Shown here: in pieces, positions 1 to 11,718 of the stretch
Numbering within the stretch: the stretch's first letter is position 1
How the letters are laid out: the number at the start of each line of letters is the position of its first letter
Source of the DNA: Leptolyngbya sp.
Lineage (GTDB): Bacteria; Cyanobacteriota; Cyanobacteriia; Phormidesmidales; Phormidesmidaceae
NCBI GenBank assembly: GCA_040374765.1
Contig: JBEITR010000001.1
Span: 25,422-89,421 of the forward strand
Length of the DNA stretch: 64,000 bases
Reading direction: 5' to 3'
Made by a program: the position numbers and the translations under genes
Notes under the pieces: model-generated
What the model was told of the DNA's origin: nothing
Database searches by the model: none
The model's input: the letters and a program-made list of their open reading frames with translations, nothing else

Positions 1-597
1 GCCCTCAAAACCCAGGGCTTACCGGTGGTGTTTCCCTCAGAGGGAGGCCATAGCGATTTTGCTCCCCGTTCAGAACTGGAATTCCAACTGTTGCATTACC
101 TGCTGGACAAACACCGGATTTCTCGTGTTTCTGTAGAACGGGTGGTATCGGGACAGGGTATTGTAGCCATCTACCAATTTCTGCGCGATCGCCAGTTTGC
201 CACCGAATCTGCGTCGGTTGCGGAAGCCATTATTACCTGGGAGCGCCAGAGTGGATTGACGACTAAAACCGTTGACCCCGCTGCCGTTATTTCTGCTGCC
301 GCGGATGGAGGCGATCGCCTCAGCCAGAATGCCATGGACATTTTCGTTTCCGCCTACGGTGCTGAAGCTGGCAACCTGGCCCTGAAACTTCTGCCCTACG
401 GGGGGCTCTACGTAGCCGGTGGCATTGCAGCTAAAAATTTGCCCCTGATTACCAGGGGAGCCTTTATGGAAGCCTTTACCCATAAGGGTCGGGTCAGCTC
501 TCTACTGGAAAAGGTGCCGGTTTACATTGTGTTGAACCCCCAGGTTGGCCTGATTGGGGCAGCTTTGAAGGCAGCAGCCTTAATTCCGGGCCCTTAA
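1..597 (+). CDS. glk: Glucokinase, 5'-truncated by the window edge
   Basis: Frame is open from base 1. Contains EGGH, VSVERVVSGQG and GGLYVAGGIA motifs of the PF02685 glucokinase family. Confidence 0.93.
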   Translation, partial: ALKTQGLPVVFPSEGGHSDFAPRSELEFQLLHYLLDKHRISRVSVERVVSGQGIVAIYQFLRDRQFATESASVAEAIITWERQSGLTTKTVDPAAVISAAADGGDRLSQNAMDIFVSAYGAEAGNLALKLLPYGGLYVAGGIAAKNLPLITRGAFMEAFTHKGRVSSLLEKVPVYIVLNPQVGLIGAALKAAALIPGP

Positions 598-684
598 GGG
601 CTATGGCCCCTGCCCGATGGAATGGGGCTACGGCTACAACATCCAAGGCTAGAATCGAAGATGCAGTTATCCCCTTCTTAAACC

Positions 685-1452
685 ATGGCAGGTCATAGCA
701 AGTGGGCCAATATCAAGCGGCAAAAAGCTCGGGTTGATGCCGTTAAGGGTCAGGTCTTTGCCAAAATGTCCCGGGAAATTATCGTGGCCGCCCGTCTGGG
801 GGGAGCCGACCCGGCGGGTAATTTCCAACTGCGGACGGCGATCGACAAGGCCAAGGCGGCGGGGGTACCCAACGATAATATTGAACGGGCGATCGCTAAG
901 GGATCGGGCCAGTTGGGAGCTGACGATGCCTATGAGGCCATTCGCTACGAGGGCTACGGTCCAGGTGGTGTGGCTGTTTTAATTGAAGCCCTGACCAATA
1001 ACCGCAACCGCACCGCCGCCGATCTACGCGCCGCCTTTAGCAAACGTAACGGTAATCTAGGGGAAACTGGCTGTGTGGGCTGGATGTTTGACCAAAAGGG
1101 AGTGGTAACGGTAATTCAGCCAGGGGAAGAAGACCGCCTTCTGGAGGCGGCCCTGGAGGGAGGGGCAGAATCCTACGATTTGGTTGATCTAGACGAAGAC
1201 ACCCCGGCTGCGGAGGTGTTCTGTGCCCCCAGTGATCTAGAAACCTTAGACACAACCCTGAAGGCCCAGGGTTATCGGGTGCATCAGGCGGAATTGCGGT
1301 GGCTGCCAGGCAACACCGTAGTGGTGGAAGATTCGGACCAGGCCCGACTTTTATTAAAACTCATGGATGCCCTGGAGGATCTAGAGGATGTGCAGTCAGT
1401 GACAGCCAATTTTGAGGTTGGGGAAGATGTTATAACGACACTAGGGATTTAG
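685..1452 (+). CDS. yebC: YebC/PmpR family protein
   Basis: MAGHSKWANIKRQK N-terminus and YEGYGPGGVA motif. Confidence 0.96.
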   Translation: MAGHSKWANIKRQKARVDAVKGQVFAKMSREIIVAARLGGADPAGNFQLRTAIDKAKAAGVPNDNIERAIAKGSGQLGADDAYEAIRYEGYGPGGVAVLIEALTNNRNRTAADLRAAFSKRNGNLGETGCVGWMFDQKGVVTVIQPGEEDRLLEAALEGGAESYDLVDLDEDTPAAEVFCAPSDLETLDTTLKAQGYRVHQAELRWLPGNTVVVEDSDQARLLLKLMDALEDLEDVQSVTANFEVGEDVITTLGI

Positions 1453-1453
1453 G

Positions 1454-1521
1454 GCCAGAATGCCTACCCGTCCTTGACTTTCCCCACCCATTCGGTGCCC
1501 AGCGTCTTGCCCAAAACTATA
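1454..1521 (+). repeat. Family X copy I
   Basis: GCCAGAATGCCTACCC...CCCAGCGTCTTGCCCAAAACTATA. Starts 1 nt after the yebC stop and aligns to the copies at 29013 and 52000 with a 1-nt gap. Confidence 0.8.
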
Positions 1522-1534
1522 TTTTTAATTGGTA

Positions 1535-2296
1535 ATGACTAACCCTGCCGCGATCGCCACCAATCCCCTGATCCCTTCCCTCCAGGTGGGAGGGGAGCCC
1601 CTCTCCCCCTCAGACCTCATCCCCAAACTGCGGCGCTACGACTTACTGCCAGCCCTGGTCAAGGAAATTATTATTGATCAAGCTATTGTTCCTATTCACC
1701 TAACCGAGGAAGAACGGGCAACGGCCATCGATCAGTTTATTCAGGTTCAGAAAATCACTTCCCAGGATCAGCGCGATCGCTTTCTACAGCAACGAGGATT
1801 ACCGCCTGATGACTTCGACAGTCTGGCCTGCCGCGACCTTAAACTGCAAAAGTTCAAAGCCGAAACCTGGGGCCAAAAGCTAGAATCCTACTTTCTCCAA
1901 CGTAAAGCCCAGCTTGATCAGGTCCGCTATTCCCTCATTCGCACTCAGGAACCTGGTCTGGCCCAGGAGCTTTATTTCCGCATTCAAGATGATGGCCAAC
2001 CCTTTGCCGACCTAGCCCGAGAATTTTCAGCCGGGCCAGAGGCCCAGGTCGGCGGCCTAATTGGGCCAGTGGAACTATCGGTGCCCCATCCCCACCTGGC
2101 CAGGCTACTCTCCATTAGTCAACCAGGTCAGTTGTGGCCACCAAGCCGGATAGGGGATTGGTTTGTGGTGGTGCGTCTGGAGCAGTTTATCGCCGCCAGA
2201 CTAGATGACTCCACCCGACAGCGATTACTGGATGAGTTATTCCAAACCTGGCTGATGGAGCAGGTACAGGCAGTGATTCATCAAAGTAACGAGTAA
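1535..2296 (+). CDS. PpiC/parvulin-type peptidylprolyl isomerase (cyanobacterial family)
   Basis: [38 protein letters not shown] at 1535 (ORF track starts at TTG 1529). Confidence 0.88.
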   Translation: MTNPAAIATNPLIPSLQVGGEPLSPSDLIPKLRRYDLLPALVKEIIIDQAIVPIHLTEEERATAIDQFIQVQKITSQDQRDRFLQQRGLPPDDFDSLACRDLKLQKFKAETWGQKLESYFLQRKAQLDQVRYSLIRTQEPGLAQELYFRIQDDGQPFADLAREFSAGPEAQVGGLIGPVELSVPHPHLARLLSISQPGQLWPPSRIGDWFVVVRLEQFIAARLDDSTRQRLLDELFQTWLMEQVQAVIHQSNE

Positions 2297-2300
2297 ACCG

Positions 2301-5300
2301 GTGATGACCTCCATCACCCCGCCCTCTGGCTGGCAGTTTTGGATTGACCGGGGCGGCACCTTTACCGACATTGTTGCCCGTCGTCCCGATGGCACCTTAC
2401 AGGTCCATAAGCTGCTGTCAGAAAACCCCGACCGTTATGGCGATGCTGCCCTACAGGGCATAGGGGAAATACTTGGCCTGGCAGCCCACCAACCGATCCC
2501 CAGCGAGCGCATCGAGGCGGTAAAAATGGGCACGACGGTGGCTACCAATGCCCTGCTGGAACGCCAGGGCGATGCCACCGTCCTATTAATCACCCAGGGC
2601 TTCGGCGATGCCCTGCGGATTGGCTATCAGCAGCGTCCAGATATTTTTGCTCGCCATATTCAGTTACCCTCCATGGTTTATGAGCGGGTAATTGAGGTAC
2701 CAGAGCGCTACACAGCCGCGGGGGAGGAACTTCAGCCCCTACCCCCAGATGGGGACTGGGTAGGGGCTTTACAGGAAGCTTTTGACCAGGGCATCCGGAG
2801 CGTGGCGATTGTTTTTCTGCACGGCTACCAGTACCCCGCCCACGAACAGCAGGCAGCCGCGATCGCCCAGACCCTCGGTTTTACCCAAATTTCGGTGTCC
2901 CACCAGGTTAGCCCCCTGATCAAACTGGTCAGTCGGGGGGATACCACCGTTGTCGATGCCTATCTATCGCCGATCCTACGACGCTACGTCAATCAGGTCA
3001 GCCAATCCCTGGGGACTGTACCCCTACTGTTTATGCAGTCCAATGGCGGACTGGTGGAGGCCCAGCACTTTCAGGGCAAAGACAGTATTCTTTCAGGCCC
3101 AGCCGGGGGTATGGTGGCGGCCGTCAAAACCGCCACCGCCGCTGGTTTTAATAAAATTATTGGGTTTGATATGGGGGGCACCTCCACCGACATTTCCCAC
3201 TATAACGGCGAGGCCAACCCAGGGGATTACGAGCGCACCTTTGACACCGAGGTGGCGGGGGTGCGGCTACGGACTCCGATGCTGGCCATCCATACGATTG
3301 CCGCGGGGGGGGGATCGATCCTGGGCTTTGATGGCGGCCGTTACCGGGTAGGGCCTGAGTCGGCGGGGGCCTATCCAGGACCGGTGGCCTACCGCCAGGG
3401 CGGCCCCCTCACCCTGACGGACGCCAATCTGATGGTGGGCAAGATCCAACCGGCGTTCTTTCCAGCCCTCTTTGGTCCCCAGGGTAATCACCCCCTAGAT
3501 GGAGCCGCAGTCAGGCTAGCCTTTCAGGACCTGGCCCAGGAGATCGCCCAGGTGACCGGTGACCAACCCCAGCCGGAGGAAGTGGCAGCGGGCTTTCTGG
3601 CGATCGCCGTGGAAACCATGGCCAGTGCCATCAAGAAGGTTTCTATCCAGCGCGGCTATGACCTGGAGAACTACACCCTGTGTTGTTTTGGCGGCGCCGG
3701 TGGCCAGCACGCCTGCCTGATGGCGGAAACCCTGGGCATGGGGCGGGTCTTTCTCCATCCCCTGGCGGGGGTGCTATCGGCCTATGGCATGGGCCTGGCG
3801 GACCAACGGGTGATTAGGGAGCAAACCCTGGCCATTCCCCTCACCCCCACCTGCATGGCTAGCCTCAAGCAGTCCCTGGATCGCCTGGCGATCGCCACCC
3901 AGCGGGATCTCCACACCCAGGGCATAGGCCCTACCCCAATCCTGACCCTACGGCAGGTCCATCTCCGCTACCAGGGTAGTGATCTCCCCTTGATGTTGCC
4001 CTTTAGTGACCTGGCCAACCTGATCCGCCAGTTTGAGCAAATTCACCAACAACGTTACGGCTTTATTCAACCCGATCAGGCCCTGGTGGTGGAGGCTATC
4101 AGTGTAGAAGCCATTGCCCAAAACTCCCATCCGCCAGCTCCCGAACCCCTTCCCCAGGCATCTACGCCCCTGGTTCCGGTCACCACCGTTCCCCTCTATA
4201 GCCGCAGCCAATGGTGGGAAGCTAGGGTTTACCAGCGTTCTGACCTGCGGCCTGGAGACCAGATCGACGGGCCTGCCCTGATTGTGGAAGCCACCGCTAC
4301 CACGGTGGTAGAACCGGGCTGGCAGATGCACCTGACAGACCAGGGCAGCCTGATCGGCCAGATTACCCAGCCTGCCCCCTCAACCCTACCCACCCCACCC
4401 CAGTTGCCTAGGAAGCAGGGGGTTGCTCTACCATCAGGGGAAGATTCCACTGGAAAGGTGGATCCGGTCAAGCTGGAAATTTTCCATCATCGGTTTCGAT
4501 CCATCGCCGAGGAGATGGGCCTTACCCTACAAAACACCAGTGTTTCAGTCAATATTAAGGAACGGCTAGACTTTTCCTGCGCCCTGTTTGATCAACAGGG
4601 GCAGTTGGTAGCCAATGCTCCCCACATTCCTGTCCATTTAGGCTCCATGGGAGCAAGTGTGGCCAGTCTAATGCGCGATCGGGGAGCCACCCTAGCCCCT
4701 GGAGACGTCTATCTCTCTAACAACCCCTACAACGGTGGCACCCACCTACCGGATATCACGGTGATTACGCCGGTGTTTTTACCAGATGGCTGCCAGGGAC
4801 CCCATCTCTACGTCGCCTGCCGGGGCCACCATGCCGATATTGGCGGTCTCACCCCCGGTTCCATGCCCGCCCACAGCACCCACATCGATGAGGAGGGCAT
4901 CGGGCTGGATAATCTACTGCTGGTGCGCCAGGGAGAGTTTCTAGAGGCGGTCCTACGCGATCGGCTGCAGACGGGTCCTTACCCAGCGCGCAACATCCCC
5001 CAAAATCTGGCAGACCTGCGGGCCCAGGTGGCGGCTAACCAGCTCGGGGTGCAAGCCCTACAGCAACTGGTGGAGGAGATGGGTCTGGAACAGGTACAGG
5101 CCTATATGCAACACCTTCAGGATAACGCCGAGGCCAGTGTACGCCGGGTAATTGGGGGACTGCGGGGGGGATCCTTCAGCCTGTCGATGGACGAAGGCCC
5201 TACTATTCGGGTGGCGGTTACGGTCAACACCGTCAGCCGCTCTGCCAGGATTGATTTCACCGGTAGTTCCCCCCAGCAACCCACCAACTTTAACGCTCCC

Positions 5301-5993
5301 CTGGCGGTTTGTGAGGCGGTCGTACTCTACGTCTTTCGTACCCTGGTGGGGGACGACATTCCCCTCAATGCCGGTTGTCTGAAACCCCTGGAAATTGTGG
5401 CGCCGGTTGGTTCCCTGCTGAATCCCCAGTATCCAGCCGCCGTGGTGGGGGGCAATGTGGAAACCTCCCAGGCGATCGCCAATACCCTCTACGGAGCCCT
5501 GGGGCTGCTGGCCGCCGGTCAGGGCACCATGAACAACCTCACCTTTGGCAGCGATCGCCACCAGTACTATGAAACCATCTGCGGCGGGGCGGGGGCCGGG
5601 CCAGACTTCGACGGCGCCGATGCGGTACACACCCACATGACCAACTCCCGCCTCACCGACCCAGAGGTATTGGAATCTCGCTTTCCGGTTCTGGTGAAGG
5701 CATTTTCCCTCCGCCCCCATAGCGGCGGCGCTGGTCGGCATCGCGGCGGTAACGGCGTCATCCGGCGGCTGCAATTTCGAGAAACCATGACCGTTACCAT
5801 TCTCTCCAACCATCGCCGGGTTGCGCCCTTTGGGCTGGCGGGCGGTAAACCGGGCCAACCGGGGCAAAACTGGGTAGAACGCCGCGACGGCACAATTGAG
5901 ATGCTAGGTAGTCGAGACCAGGTCATCCTGCAGGCCGGTGACACTCTGACCATTGCCACCCCGGGCGGGGGAGGTTTCGGTACCCCCGACTAA
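2301..5993 (+). CDS. 5-oxoprolinase / hydantoinase A+B fusion
   Basis: [39 protein letters not shown] and TPGGGGFG motifs; 1230 aa. Confidence 0.95.
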   Translation: MMTSITPPSGWQFWIDRGGTFTDIVARRPDGTLQVHKLLSENPDRYGDAALQGIGEILGLAAHQPIPSERIEAVKMGTTVATNALLERQGDATVLLITQGFGDALRIGYQQRPDIFARHIQLPSMVYERVIEVPERYTAAGEELQPLPPDGDWVGALQEAFDQGIRSVAIVFLHGYQYPAHEQQAAAIAQTLGFTQISVSHQVSPLIKLVSRGDTTVVDAYLSPILRRYVNQVSQSLGTVPLLFMQSNGGLVEAQHFQGKDSILSGPAGGMVAAVKTATAAGFNKIIGFDMGGTSTDISHYNGEANPGDYERTFDTEVAGVRLRTPMLAIHTIAAGGGSILGFDGGRYRVGPESAGAYPGPVAYRQGGPLTLTDANLMVGKIQPAFFPALFGPQGNHPLDGAAVRLAFQDLAQEIAQVTGDQPQPEEVAAGFLAIAVETMASAIKKVSIQRGYDLENYTLCCFGGAGGQHACLMAETLGMGRVFLHPLAGVLSAYGMGLADQRVIREQTLAIPLTPTCMASLKQSLDRLAIATQRDLHTQGIGPTPILTLRQVHLRYQGSDLPLMLPFSDLANLIRQFEQIHQQRYGFIQPDQALVVEAISVEAIAQNSHPPAPEPLPQASTPLVPVTTVPLYSRSQWWEARVYQRSDLRPGDQIDGPALIVEATATTVVEPGWQMHLTDQGSLIGQITQPAPSTLPTPPQLPRKQGVALPSGEDSTGKVDPVKLEIFHHRFRSIAEEMGLTLQNTSVSVNIKERLDFSCALFDQQGQLVANAPHIPVHLGSMGASVASLMRDRGATLAPGDVYLSNNPYNGGTHLPDITVITPVFLPDGCQGPHLYVACRGHHADIGGLTPGSMPAHSTHIDEEGIGLDNLLLVRQGEFLEAVLRDRLQTGPYPARNIPQNLADLRAQVAANQLGVQALQQLVEEMGLEQVQAYMQHLQDNAEASVRRVIGGLRGGSFSLSMDEGPTIRVAVTVNTVSRSARIDFTGSSPQQPTNFNAPLAVCEAVVLYVFRTLVGDDIPLNAGCLKPLEIVAPVGSLLNPQYPAAVVGGNVETSQAIANTLYGALGLLAAGQGTMNNLTFGSDRHQYYETICGGAGAGPDFDGADAVHTHMTNSRLTDPEVLESRFPVLVKAFSLRPHSGGAGRHRGGNGVIRRLQFRETMTVTILSNHRRVAPFGLAGGKPGQPGQNWVERRDGTIEMLGSRDQVILQAGDTLTIATPGGGGFGTPD

Positions 5994-6011
5994 ACCCGGC
6001 AGGATAATCAA

Positions 6012-8006
6012 TCAGCTGGGAGTAGGGAGGGCTGCCGGTTCCAGGGGCGCAGCAGGCAAGGCAGGGGCTGCGACAGTGCAGGCGGGCAGATCAAACCAGA
6101 AGGTCGTGCCCACCCCCACTTCACTCACCAGGTACACCTGGCTGTGGTGTTTTTCAATAATATTTCTCACAATGGAAAGCCCCAACCCCGTGCCCTCCAG
6201 GGTATGCACCCGATTCTCCACCCGGAAGAATCGATCAAAAATTGCCTGCTGATCCTCGGGGGCAATGCCAATGCCCGTATCCGCCACTTCGATGCGAATA
6301 CAATCGGTTTGGCCGGTCTGATCGCAGGGGCAGGGTAAACGATAGGCCCGCAGGCTGACCTTACCGCCAGACTCGGTAAATTTTAAGGCGTTACCCATCA
6401 GGTTACTAAATACCTGCAGCAGTAAATCGTAGTTACCCATCACCGGCGGCAGATTAGGCTCCACCATTTGGATCAGCTCGATTTGCTTATCTCTAGCGTT
6501 GAGCCGGTGGGTACGCAGGGTTTGCTCGATCGGTTGGGCAATGTCAACCGCATCAATGACGTACTGTCGACTCGACTCCAAGCGCGACAGATCCAGCACG
6601 TCGTTGACCAGACGGGTGAGGCGATCGGTTTCGTGGTTAGCGGTTTCTAAAAATTCTTGTCGCTCTGTATCACTCAGGTCCTCGCCGTATTCCTGCAGGG
6701 TTTCAATGAAAGACTTGATATTGAATAGGGGAGTGCGCAGTTCGTGGGATACATTACTGATGAACTGGGCCTTAGCCTCATTCAGGGCGGCTTCCCGGGT
6801 AATGTCCTGGACCGTAATGGCCAACCCTTTGACATTTTCCCGGGCCTGGTCCAGTACGGTATTGAGGAGAATACGCAGGGTGCGAGAGGTGGGCTCACTC
6901 AGGGGAATACGAAATTCCATCGCCTCCGCCTCTCCCTGGACAGCCTGAAACAGGGGACGGGTGAGCTGCACCCGAACCGGACTCGGCAAATGATCGAGGA
7001 TCAGTTCTCCGTCCAGGGACTGACTATCCCAACTAAAGATGCGTCGAGCGGTGGGGTTAACCAATACCACATGCATGTCGGTGTCCAGCAAAATTGCCCC
7101 ATCAGCAATGGTAGACACCAGGGTTTCTAACTTTGCCTTTTCGGCGGTTAGCTCCTCAATGTTTTGCTCCTCGTAGCGCTCCAGGCGCTCAGCCATGTCG
7201 TTGAAGCTGTAAATTAACTCCCCCAGTTCTCCCCCCAGGGGCAGATCAATACGCTGCTTAAAGTTGCCGGCAGCAATATTTTTAACCCCCAACAGCAGTT
7301 CCTTAATCGGTTTGGTAATGGTGAGGGCATTGAAAACTGAACCTAAAATCACCATCACCCAGATGGAAACAAACACCGCAGTGGTGACATCTCGGGTCAG
7401 ATGGGAGGAGGCAACCACCGTGGGGTTGGGGTTGATGCCCAGGGCCAGAATCCCCATTTGCTTGCCCTCATAGTTGAGGGGAACAAACACATCGGTAACC
7501 TCCCCGGCGGGGGTCAGGTGCTGGCGGACCAGGGGCAGATTGGTGTTCTGGGCGTAGCCTTCAGGCACTTGAATGCGCCGACGCAGGGTAAGGGAGTTGT
7601 CTACGGCGGCTTCCGAGAGGGGAATGCCAAAAAAGATCTCCCCATTTTCATCGGCGTAGAGCATGTAGCGCACACTGGTCGTGCTTTGATAAAAGCTGGA
7701 GGAGAATCGGGCCAGCTCGGCACGATCGCCCTCACTCACCAGGGGAGCTACATTGGCCGCCAGTAGCAGCCCCAGATCGCGGGCAAAGCGAGTGTCATTT
7801 AAGCGGGCATCGGACTGAATCGTATGGACAGCCCAAAAAGTCAGGGCACTGGTAATCAGGGACACCACCAGGGTAGCCCCGGCCATCAGCCGGGTCTGCA
7901 AGGTGAAATCGCCCCACCAGCGCCGAAAAAACTGGCGAATCTCTATAAATAGCCTGATCAAGGATATTTCGTCACTAAATACGATATTCCGCCTATATTT
8001 TGGCAC
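6012..8006 (-). CDS. nblS: Sensor histidine kinase Hik33/NblS/DspA
   Basis: WW.DFTLQTRLMA N-terminus, two TM segments, HAMP, PAS, SNVSHELRTP H-box and GTGLGL. The real start may be TTG at 7961. Confidence 0.92.
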   Translation of the reverse strand: MPKYRRNIVFSDEISLIRLFIEIRQFFRRWWGDFTLQTRLMAGATLVVSLITSALTFWAVHTIQSDARLNDTRFARDLGLLLAANVAPLVSEGDRAELARFSSSFYQSTTSVRYMLYADENGEIFFGIPLSEAAVDNSLTLRRRIQVPEGYAQNTNLPLVRQHLTPAGEVTDVFVPLNYEGKQMGILALGINPNPTVVASSHLTRDVTTAVFVSIWVMVILGSVFNALTITKPIKELLLGVKNIAAGNFKQRIDLPLGGELGELIYSFNDMAERLERYEEQNIEELTAEKAKLETLVSTIADGAILLDTDMHVVLVNPTARRIFSWDSQSLDGELILDHLPSPVRVQLTRPLFQAVQGEAEAMEFRIPLSEPTSRTLRILLNTVLDQARENVKGLAITVQDITREAALNEAKAQFISNVSHELRTPLFNIKSFIETLQEYGEDLSDTERQEFLETANHETDRLTRLVNDVLDLSRLESSRQYVIDAVDIAQPIEQTLRTHRLNARDKQIELIQMVEPNLPPVMGNYDLLLQVFSNLMGNALKFTESGGKVSLRAYRLPCPCDQTGQTDCIRIEVADTGIGIAPEDQQAIFDRFFRVENRVHTLEGTGLGLSIVRNIIEKHHSQVYLVSEVGVGTTFWFDLPACTVAAPALPAAPLEPAALPTPS

Positions 8007-8056
8007 GATTAGAAAAGTTTGGCTGGCATAGTACAGGAAAACTATCTATTCTAGCC

Positions 8057-10822
8057 CTAATTGGCCTGGCGTGCTACCTGAATAACATTCTCGGTAATTT
8101 TCTCAAAGGTGTCGTCATGACTGATGACAAACAGTTGTTCAAAGTTTCTAATGCGGCCGATGGCTTCCGCCAGTCCTTCCCGGCGAGACCGGTCCATATT
8201 GGTGGTGGGCTCATCGAAAAAAGCAATATTTAAGTCTGCCAGTACCTTCAGGAGTGCCAGCCGCACCGCCAGAGCCGCACACATTTGCTCACCCCCCGAT
8301 AGATTGGCAAAACGCCGCTGGTGGGGACCCTCCTGGACCAGAATTTCGTAATCCCGAGTCCACTGCAGGGCCACATTGGGGCGGTTGAGCAGTTCCCGAA
8401 AGAGCTGATCGGCATGGTAGGAAATATTGCGTAGATACTGCTCCGTAATCCGGGGCCCGGCTTCGTTGTAGGCCTTACGGGCAAAGTTAATAAACCGCTT
8501 CACCCGCTCTCGCCGTTGCAAATCCGCCAGGGCCTGTTGACGTCGTTGCCCGATCGCCGCCAGCCCGGTTAGCTGCTGCTGGATATCGACCAACCGCTGC
8601 TGTTGCTGGGGCAGGCTACCGGCCAGGCGATCGGCCTCCGATCGCATCTGGCCATAGGTGGCCTCCAGGCTAGCGGCTGCCGCCGGGTCAAACTGGGCCA
8701 GGGCTTCCTGGTAGGTGGTTTCTAAAGTTGTCAGTTGGGCCTGTAGGGTTTCTAGTGCCCTCTGGGCCGCCGCTAGATCAGCCTTAAACTGAGGCTGTTG
8801 ATGGGCCAGGGTTTGGTTTTGCAAATAGAGATCGTAGCCCGACTGGGACTGACGGCGGCGCTCTTGCTGGGTAGCGATCGCCGCGTCGAGGTCCTTAAAC
8901 ACCTCTAACTGCTGTTCCAGGGCGACCAGTTGCTGTTCCAGGGTGGTCTGGTCTGCCTCCAGTCGAGCCTGGTTAGCCTCCATCTGGGCTTGATCCTGCA
9001 GGGTGCGCTGCAAAATCTGGCTTTTTTCCCGGGGTCGTCCCAGACCTTCGATCTGCTGGGTCAGGGATTGCACCTGCTGTTCCACCGCCGATCGACCTGC
9101 CAATTGATCCAGACAGCGGCGGTAGGTGTGGTGCAATTGCTCCTGCTGGTGCTGAATTTGCTGTTGTTGAGTAGTTAATAGAGATTTTTGAGCCAGTTCA
9201 CCCTGCCAGGCATAGCGCTGTTGTAGATCTTTCTCGAGGGTTTTTAACTGATTTTTGAGCCCAGCCACATCGGTTTGATCGGCCAGGTCCTGCAAAATTG
9301 CCTCCAACCCCGCCATCAGGCTACCCTGGATCGCCATCGTCCCCGCTAAGCTCAGCTTCAGTTCTTCCAGTCGGGCCGCACTGATGGGCGATAGGGTGGA
9401 GAGGAGAACGGCGAGGTCCGCCAGAATGGTCTCAGTTTCCCCTTGCTGCTGGGTCCAGTCCTGCTGGGTCCGATCCACCAGGATCCGCAGGTCTGCTTCA
9501 AACTGGCGAGCCGTAGCCAGTCGGCTCAGATGCTGTTGACAGCGATCGCGATCGGCCTCCAGGTTAGCCATGGCCGCCACCGCCAGGGCCAGTTGATCCA
9601 GACGCTCCAGGCTCTGCTGTAGTTGTTGCTGCTGCTGACCCAACCGCTGTAGTTCGGCCTGGGCCTGTTGCTGTTGCAAGGTCAGGGCCTGAAATTGCTC
9701 CAGTTGCTGCTGATACTGTTTCAGGTCCGCCTCCAACTGTTCCTGAACGGTAACCTGGGGGCGGAGTTGCTCCAATTCTCGGACCGTAGCGGCAAAGGTT
9801 TCCCTTTGTCCCTGGAGGCGAGCCAGTTCAGCCTTTTTCTGGCCATAGTTAGCTTGCCAAGCCTGGTACTGTTGCTGTAAGGTCTGGCGCTGCTGCTGCT
9901 GCCGCCCCAATTGTTGGAGTTCCTGATCGGCAGCCTGGTAAGCCTGGTAGGCAGGTTGGTGTAACTGGCACTGGCTAACCGCCGCTTCAGCCAGGCTGAG
10001 GGCCTGTTGCAGGCGGTCCCGATGGGCCTGGCTAGCGGCAATTTGATGCATCAGTCCCTGACGATTCTGGTTCAGGTCCTGCAGGCGATCGGCCTCGGCC
10101 TTGAGGCGCTGCCGTTGCTCCTCCAGGGCCGTCAAATCCACCGTCAAGGTCTGGAGCCGCTGCTCCGTAGTGCCAATCTCTTCCCTCAGGGTCTGGTGTT
10201 TCTGGCTTAAATCCGGCCAGGGTAGCAGGGCCTCTTCGTACTGACTAATTTGGCCCTTAACCGCCTCCACCTGGTCCTCGGCGTAACGGCGCAGGGAGTT
10301 CATCTGCTTGAAGGCCAGCTTGTAGTCTTCTACCTTGAGAACGGCGTCAAAGACCGCCTTGCGCTGTTCGGCGGGCTGGAGGAAGTCTGCCGTCAGGGTG
10401 CCCTGGGGCACCCCGACGGTACGGGCAAATAACTGGGCCAGGTTAGTACCGACGCCCACCCCTAGGTGCTGGCGCAACCAGGGCAACACCTCATCCTTGA
10501 GACGACTGTAGGGTAGACGTTCGTTTAACTGCGGATCAAACAGGCTATAGCCCCGCTGGGTGCAGCGCTGGACCTGGTAGGTGCGACTATCCCAATGGGA
10601 GACGAAGGTAACGGTCACCTGGGCACTGCCACTACCATTGCGAATCAGGTCCTCCCTGGCGTAGTCTCCCTGGTAATTAAAGAGCACCCAGGCGATCGCC
10701 TCCAGGATGGTGGTTTTACCAGCCCCATTTTCGCCGCAAATCGCATTGATCCCCGGTTGAAACTCAAAAAAGCGATCCTGATGGGTTTTGAAGTTTTGCA
10801 GAACAACGGACAGAATCTGCAT
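8057..10822 (-). CDS. SbcC/Rad50-like SMC-family ATPase
   Basis: Walker A GENGAGKT, long Gln-rich coiled coil, LSGGE signature and FFDEPT Walker B. ATG at 10822 (MQILSV). Confidence 0.9.
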   Translation of the reverse strand: MQILSVVLQNFKTHQDRFFEFQPGINAICGENGAGKTTILEAIAWVLFNYQGDYAREDLIRNGSGSAQVTVTFVSHWDSRTYQVQRCTQRGYSLFDPQLNERLPYSRLKDEVLPWLRQHLGVGVGTNLAQLFARTVGVPQGTLTADFLQPAEQRKAVFDAVLKVEDYKLAFKQMNSLRRYAEDQVEAVKGQISQYEEALLPWPDLSQKHQTLREEIGTTEQRLQTLTVDLTALEEQRQRLKAEADRLQDLNQNRQGLMHQIAASQAHRDRLQQALSLAEAAVSQCQLHQPAYQAYQAADQELQQLGRQQQQRQTLQQQYQAWQANYGQKKAELARLQGQRETFAATVRELEQLRPQVTVQEQLEADLKQYQQQLEQFQALTLQQQQAQAELQRLGQQQQQLQQSLERLDQLALAVAAMANLEADRDRCQQHLSRLATARQFEADLRILVDRTQQDWTQQQGETETILADLAVLLSTLSPISAARLEELKLSLAGTMAIQGSLMAGLEAILQDLADQTDVAGLKNQLKTLEKDLQQRYAWQGELAQKSLLTTQQQQIQHQQEQLHHTYRRCLDQLAGRSAVEQQVQSLTQQIEGLGRPREKSQILQRTLQDQAQMEANQARLEADQTTLEQQLVALEQQLEVFKDLDAAIATQQERRRQSQSGYDLYLQNQTLAHQQPQFKADLAAAQRALETLQAQLTTLETTYQEALAQFDPAAAASLEATYGQMRSEADRLAGSLPQQQQRLVDIQQQLTGLAAIGQRRQQALADLQRRERVKRFINFARKAYNEAGPRITEQYLRNISYHADQLFRELLNRPNVALQWTRDYEILVQEGPHQRRFANLSGGEQMCAALAVRLALLKVLADLNIAFFDEPTTNMDRSRREGLAEAIGRIRNFEQLFVISHDDTFEKITENVIQVARQAN

Positions 10823-10944
10823 AGTCCTACGTACTCCCGTCAGAGACTTGAGAAAGACCATCCCCCTCCCAGCATACCCGGCCAATTTCAAGATGGGCTC
10901 TGCTGCCAAAAAACTTCAGAGAGTGTTGAAGGCTGAACATCCGG

Positions 10945-11679
10945 TTAGGCCAACCGCTGCACCCGATCTCGGGCTTGCTGCCGCAGTTGACGAGCGATGC
11001 GAAACAGTTCCTCGCCGGTGTGCAGGTAGGATTCTTCGTAGCTCAGGGTAAACCGCTCCATTTCCTCCACCCCATCATCCAGCTGTCCCAGGCAGTGGTA
11101 GAGATCAGCGGCGATGGCCGCCGTCGCCGCCGGGTTCGCCATGGAGTCAAAGCGATGGCGGGCCTGACCTAACCACAGCCGACAGTTGGCTAAATAGGTC
11201 TGAAACCCCGCCATCAAATCATCATCAAAGGGATCGGCAGCAAGGTGGTGAATCTCTCCCCGCAGGGGAGTGATCACCTTGGCCAGGAGCCGGTCCACCG
11301 GTCGGTAGGTCAGTTTCAGCCAGGCCTCTAGCTGGGCCTCGGAAGATTGACTGGCCTGGCGCTGCTGGCGATAGAGATTCTGCAGGTCAGCAGTCCGTTG
11401 GGTACGCTGCCTGGCACTGCTGGCTGGATCGCCCACAGCCATACCCTGGCGCTGACGATCGTACATCACCCGCTGTTGGGGATCCCCCAGCACCTCGTAG
11501 GCACTGTTGAGGCGAGCAATGCGATCGTGGGAGGCGATCGCAGTTTGGCTATCGGGGTGAAACTGCTTCGCCAGACGTCGGTAGGCCCGTTTAATTTCAG
11601 TCTGGCTAGCGGTTTCCGCTACCTCAAGGGTGTCGTAATGGGTTGGATCTGCCATAGAATCAGTAACCGCCATGGTCAT
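10945..11679 (-). CDS. J-domain (DnaJ type III) protein
   Basis: HYDTLEV...AYRRLAKQFHPD J-domain followed by a cyanobacterial helical C-terminal region. Confidence 0.9.
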   Translation of the reverse strand: MTMAVTDSMADPTHYDTLEVAETASQTEIKRAYRRLAKQFHPDSQTAIASHDRIARLNSAYEVLGDPQQRVMYDRQRQGMAVGDPASSARQRTQRTADLQNLYRQQRQASQSSEAQLEAWLKLTYRPVDRLLAKVITPLRGEIHHLAADPFDDDLMAGFQTYLANCRLWLGQARHRFDSMANPAATAAIAADLYHCLGQLDDGVEEMERFTLSYEESYLHTGEELFRIARQLRQQARDRVQRLA

Positions 11680-11718
11680 AGGATACCTGGATTTGTCGGT
11701 CCAGGCACCCTTTAACCA

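Noticed and set aside
8016-8078. Possible family X copy overlapping the sbcC stop; similar weak candidates near 10838, 22196, 37750, 45040 and 48145
   Set aside because: Similarity is short or gapped and partly within coding sequence; not distinguishable from chance by eye.
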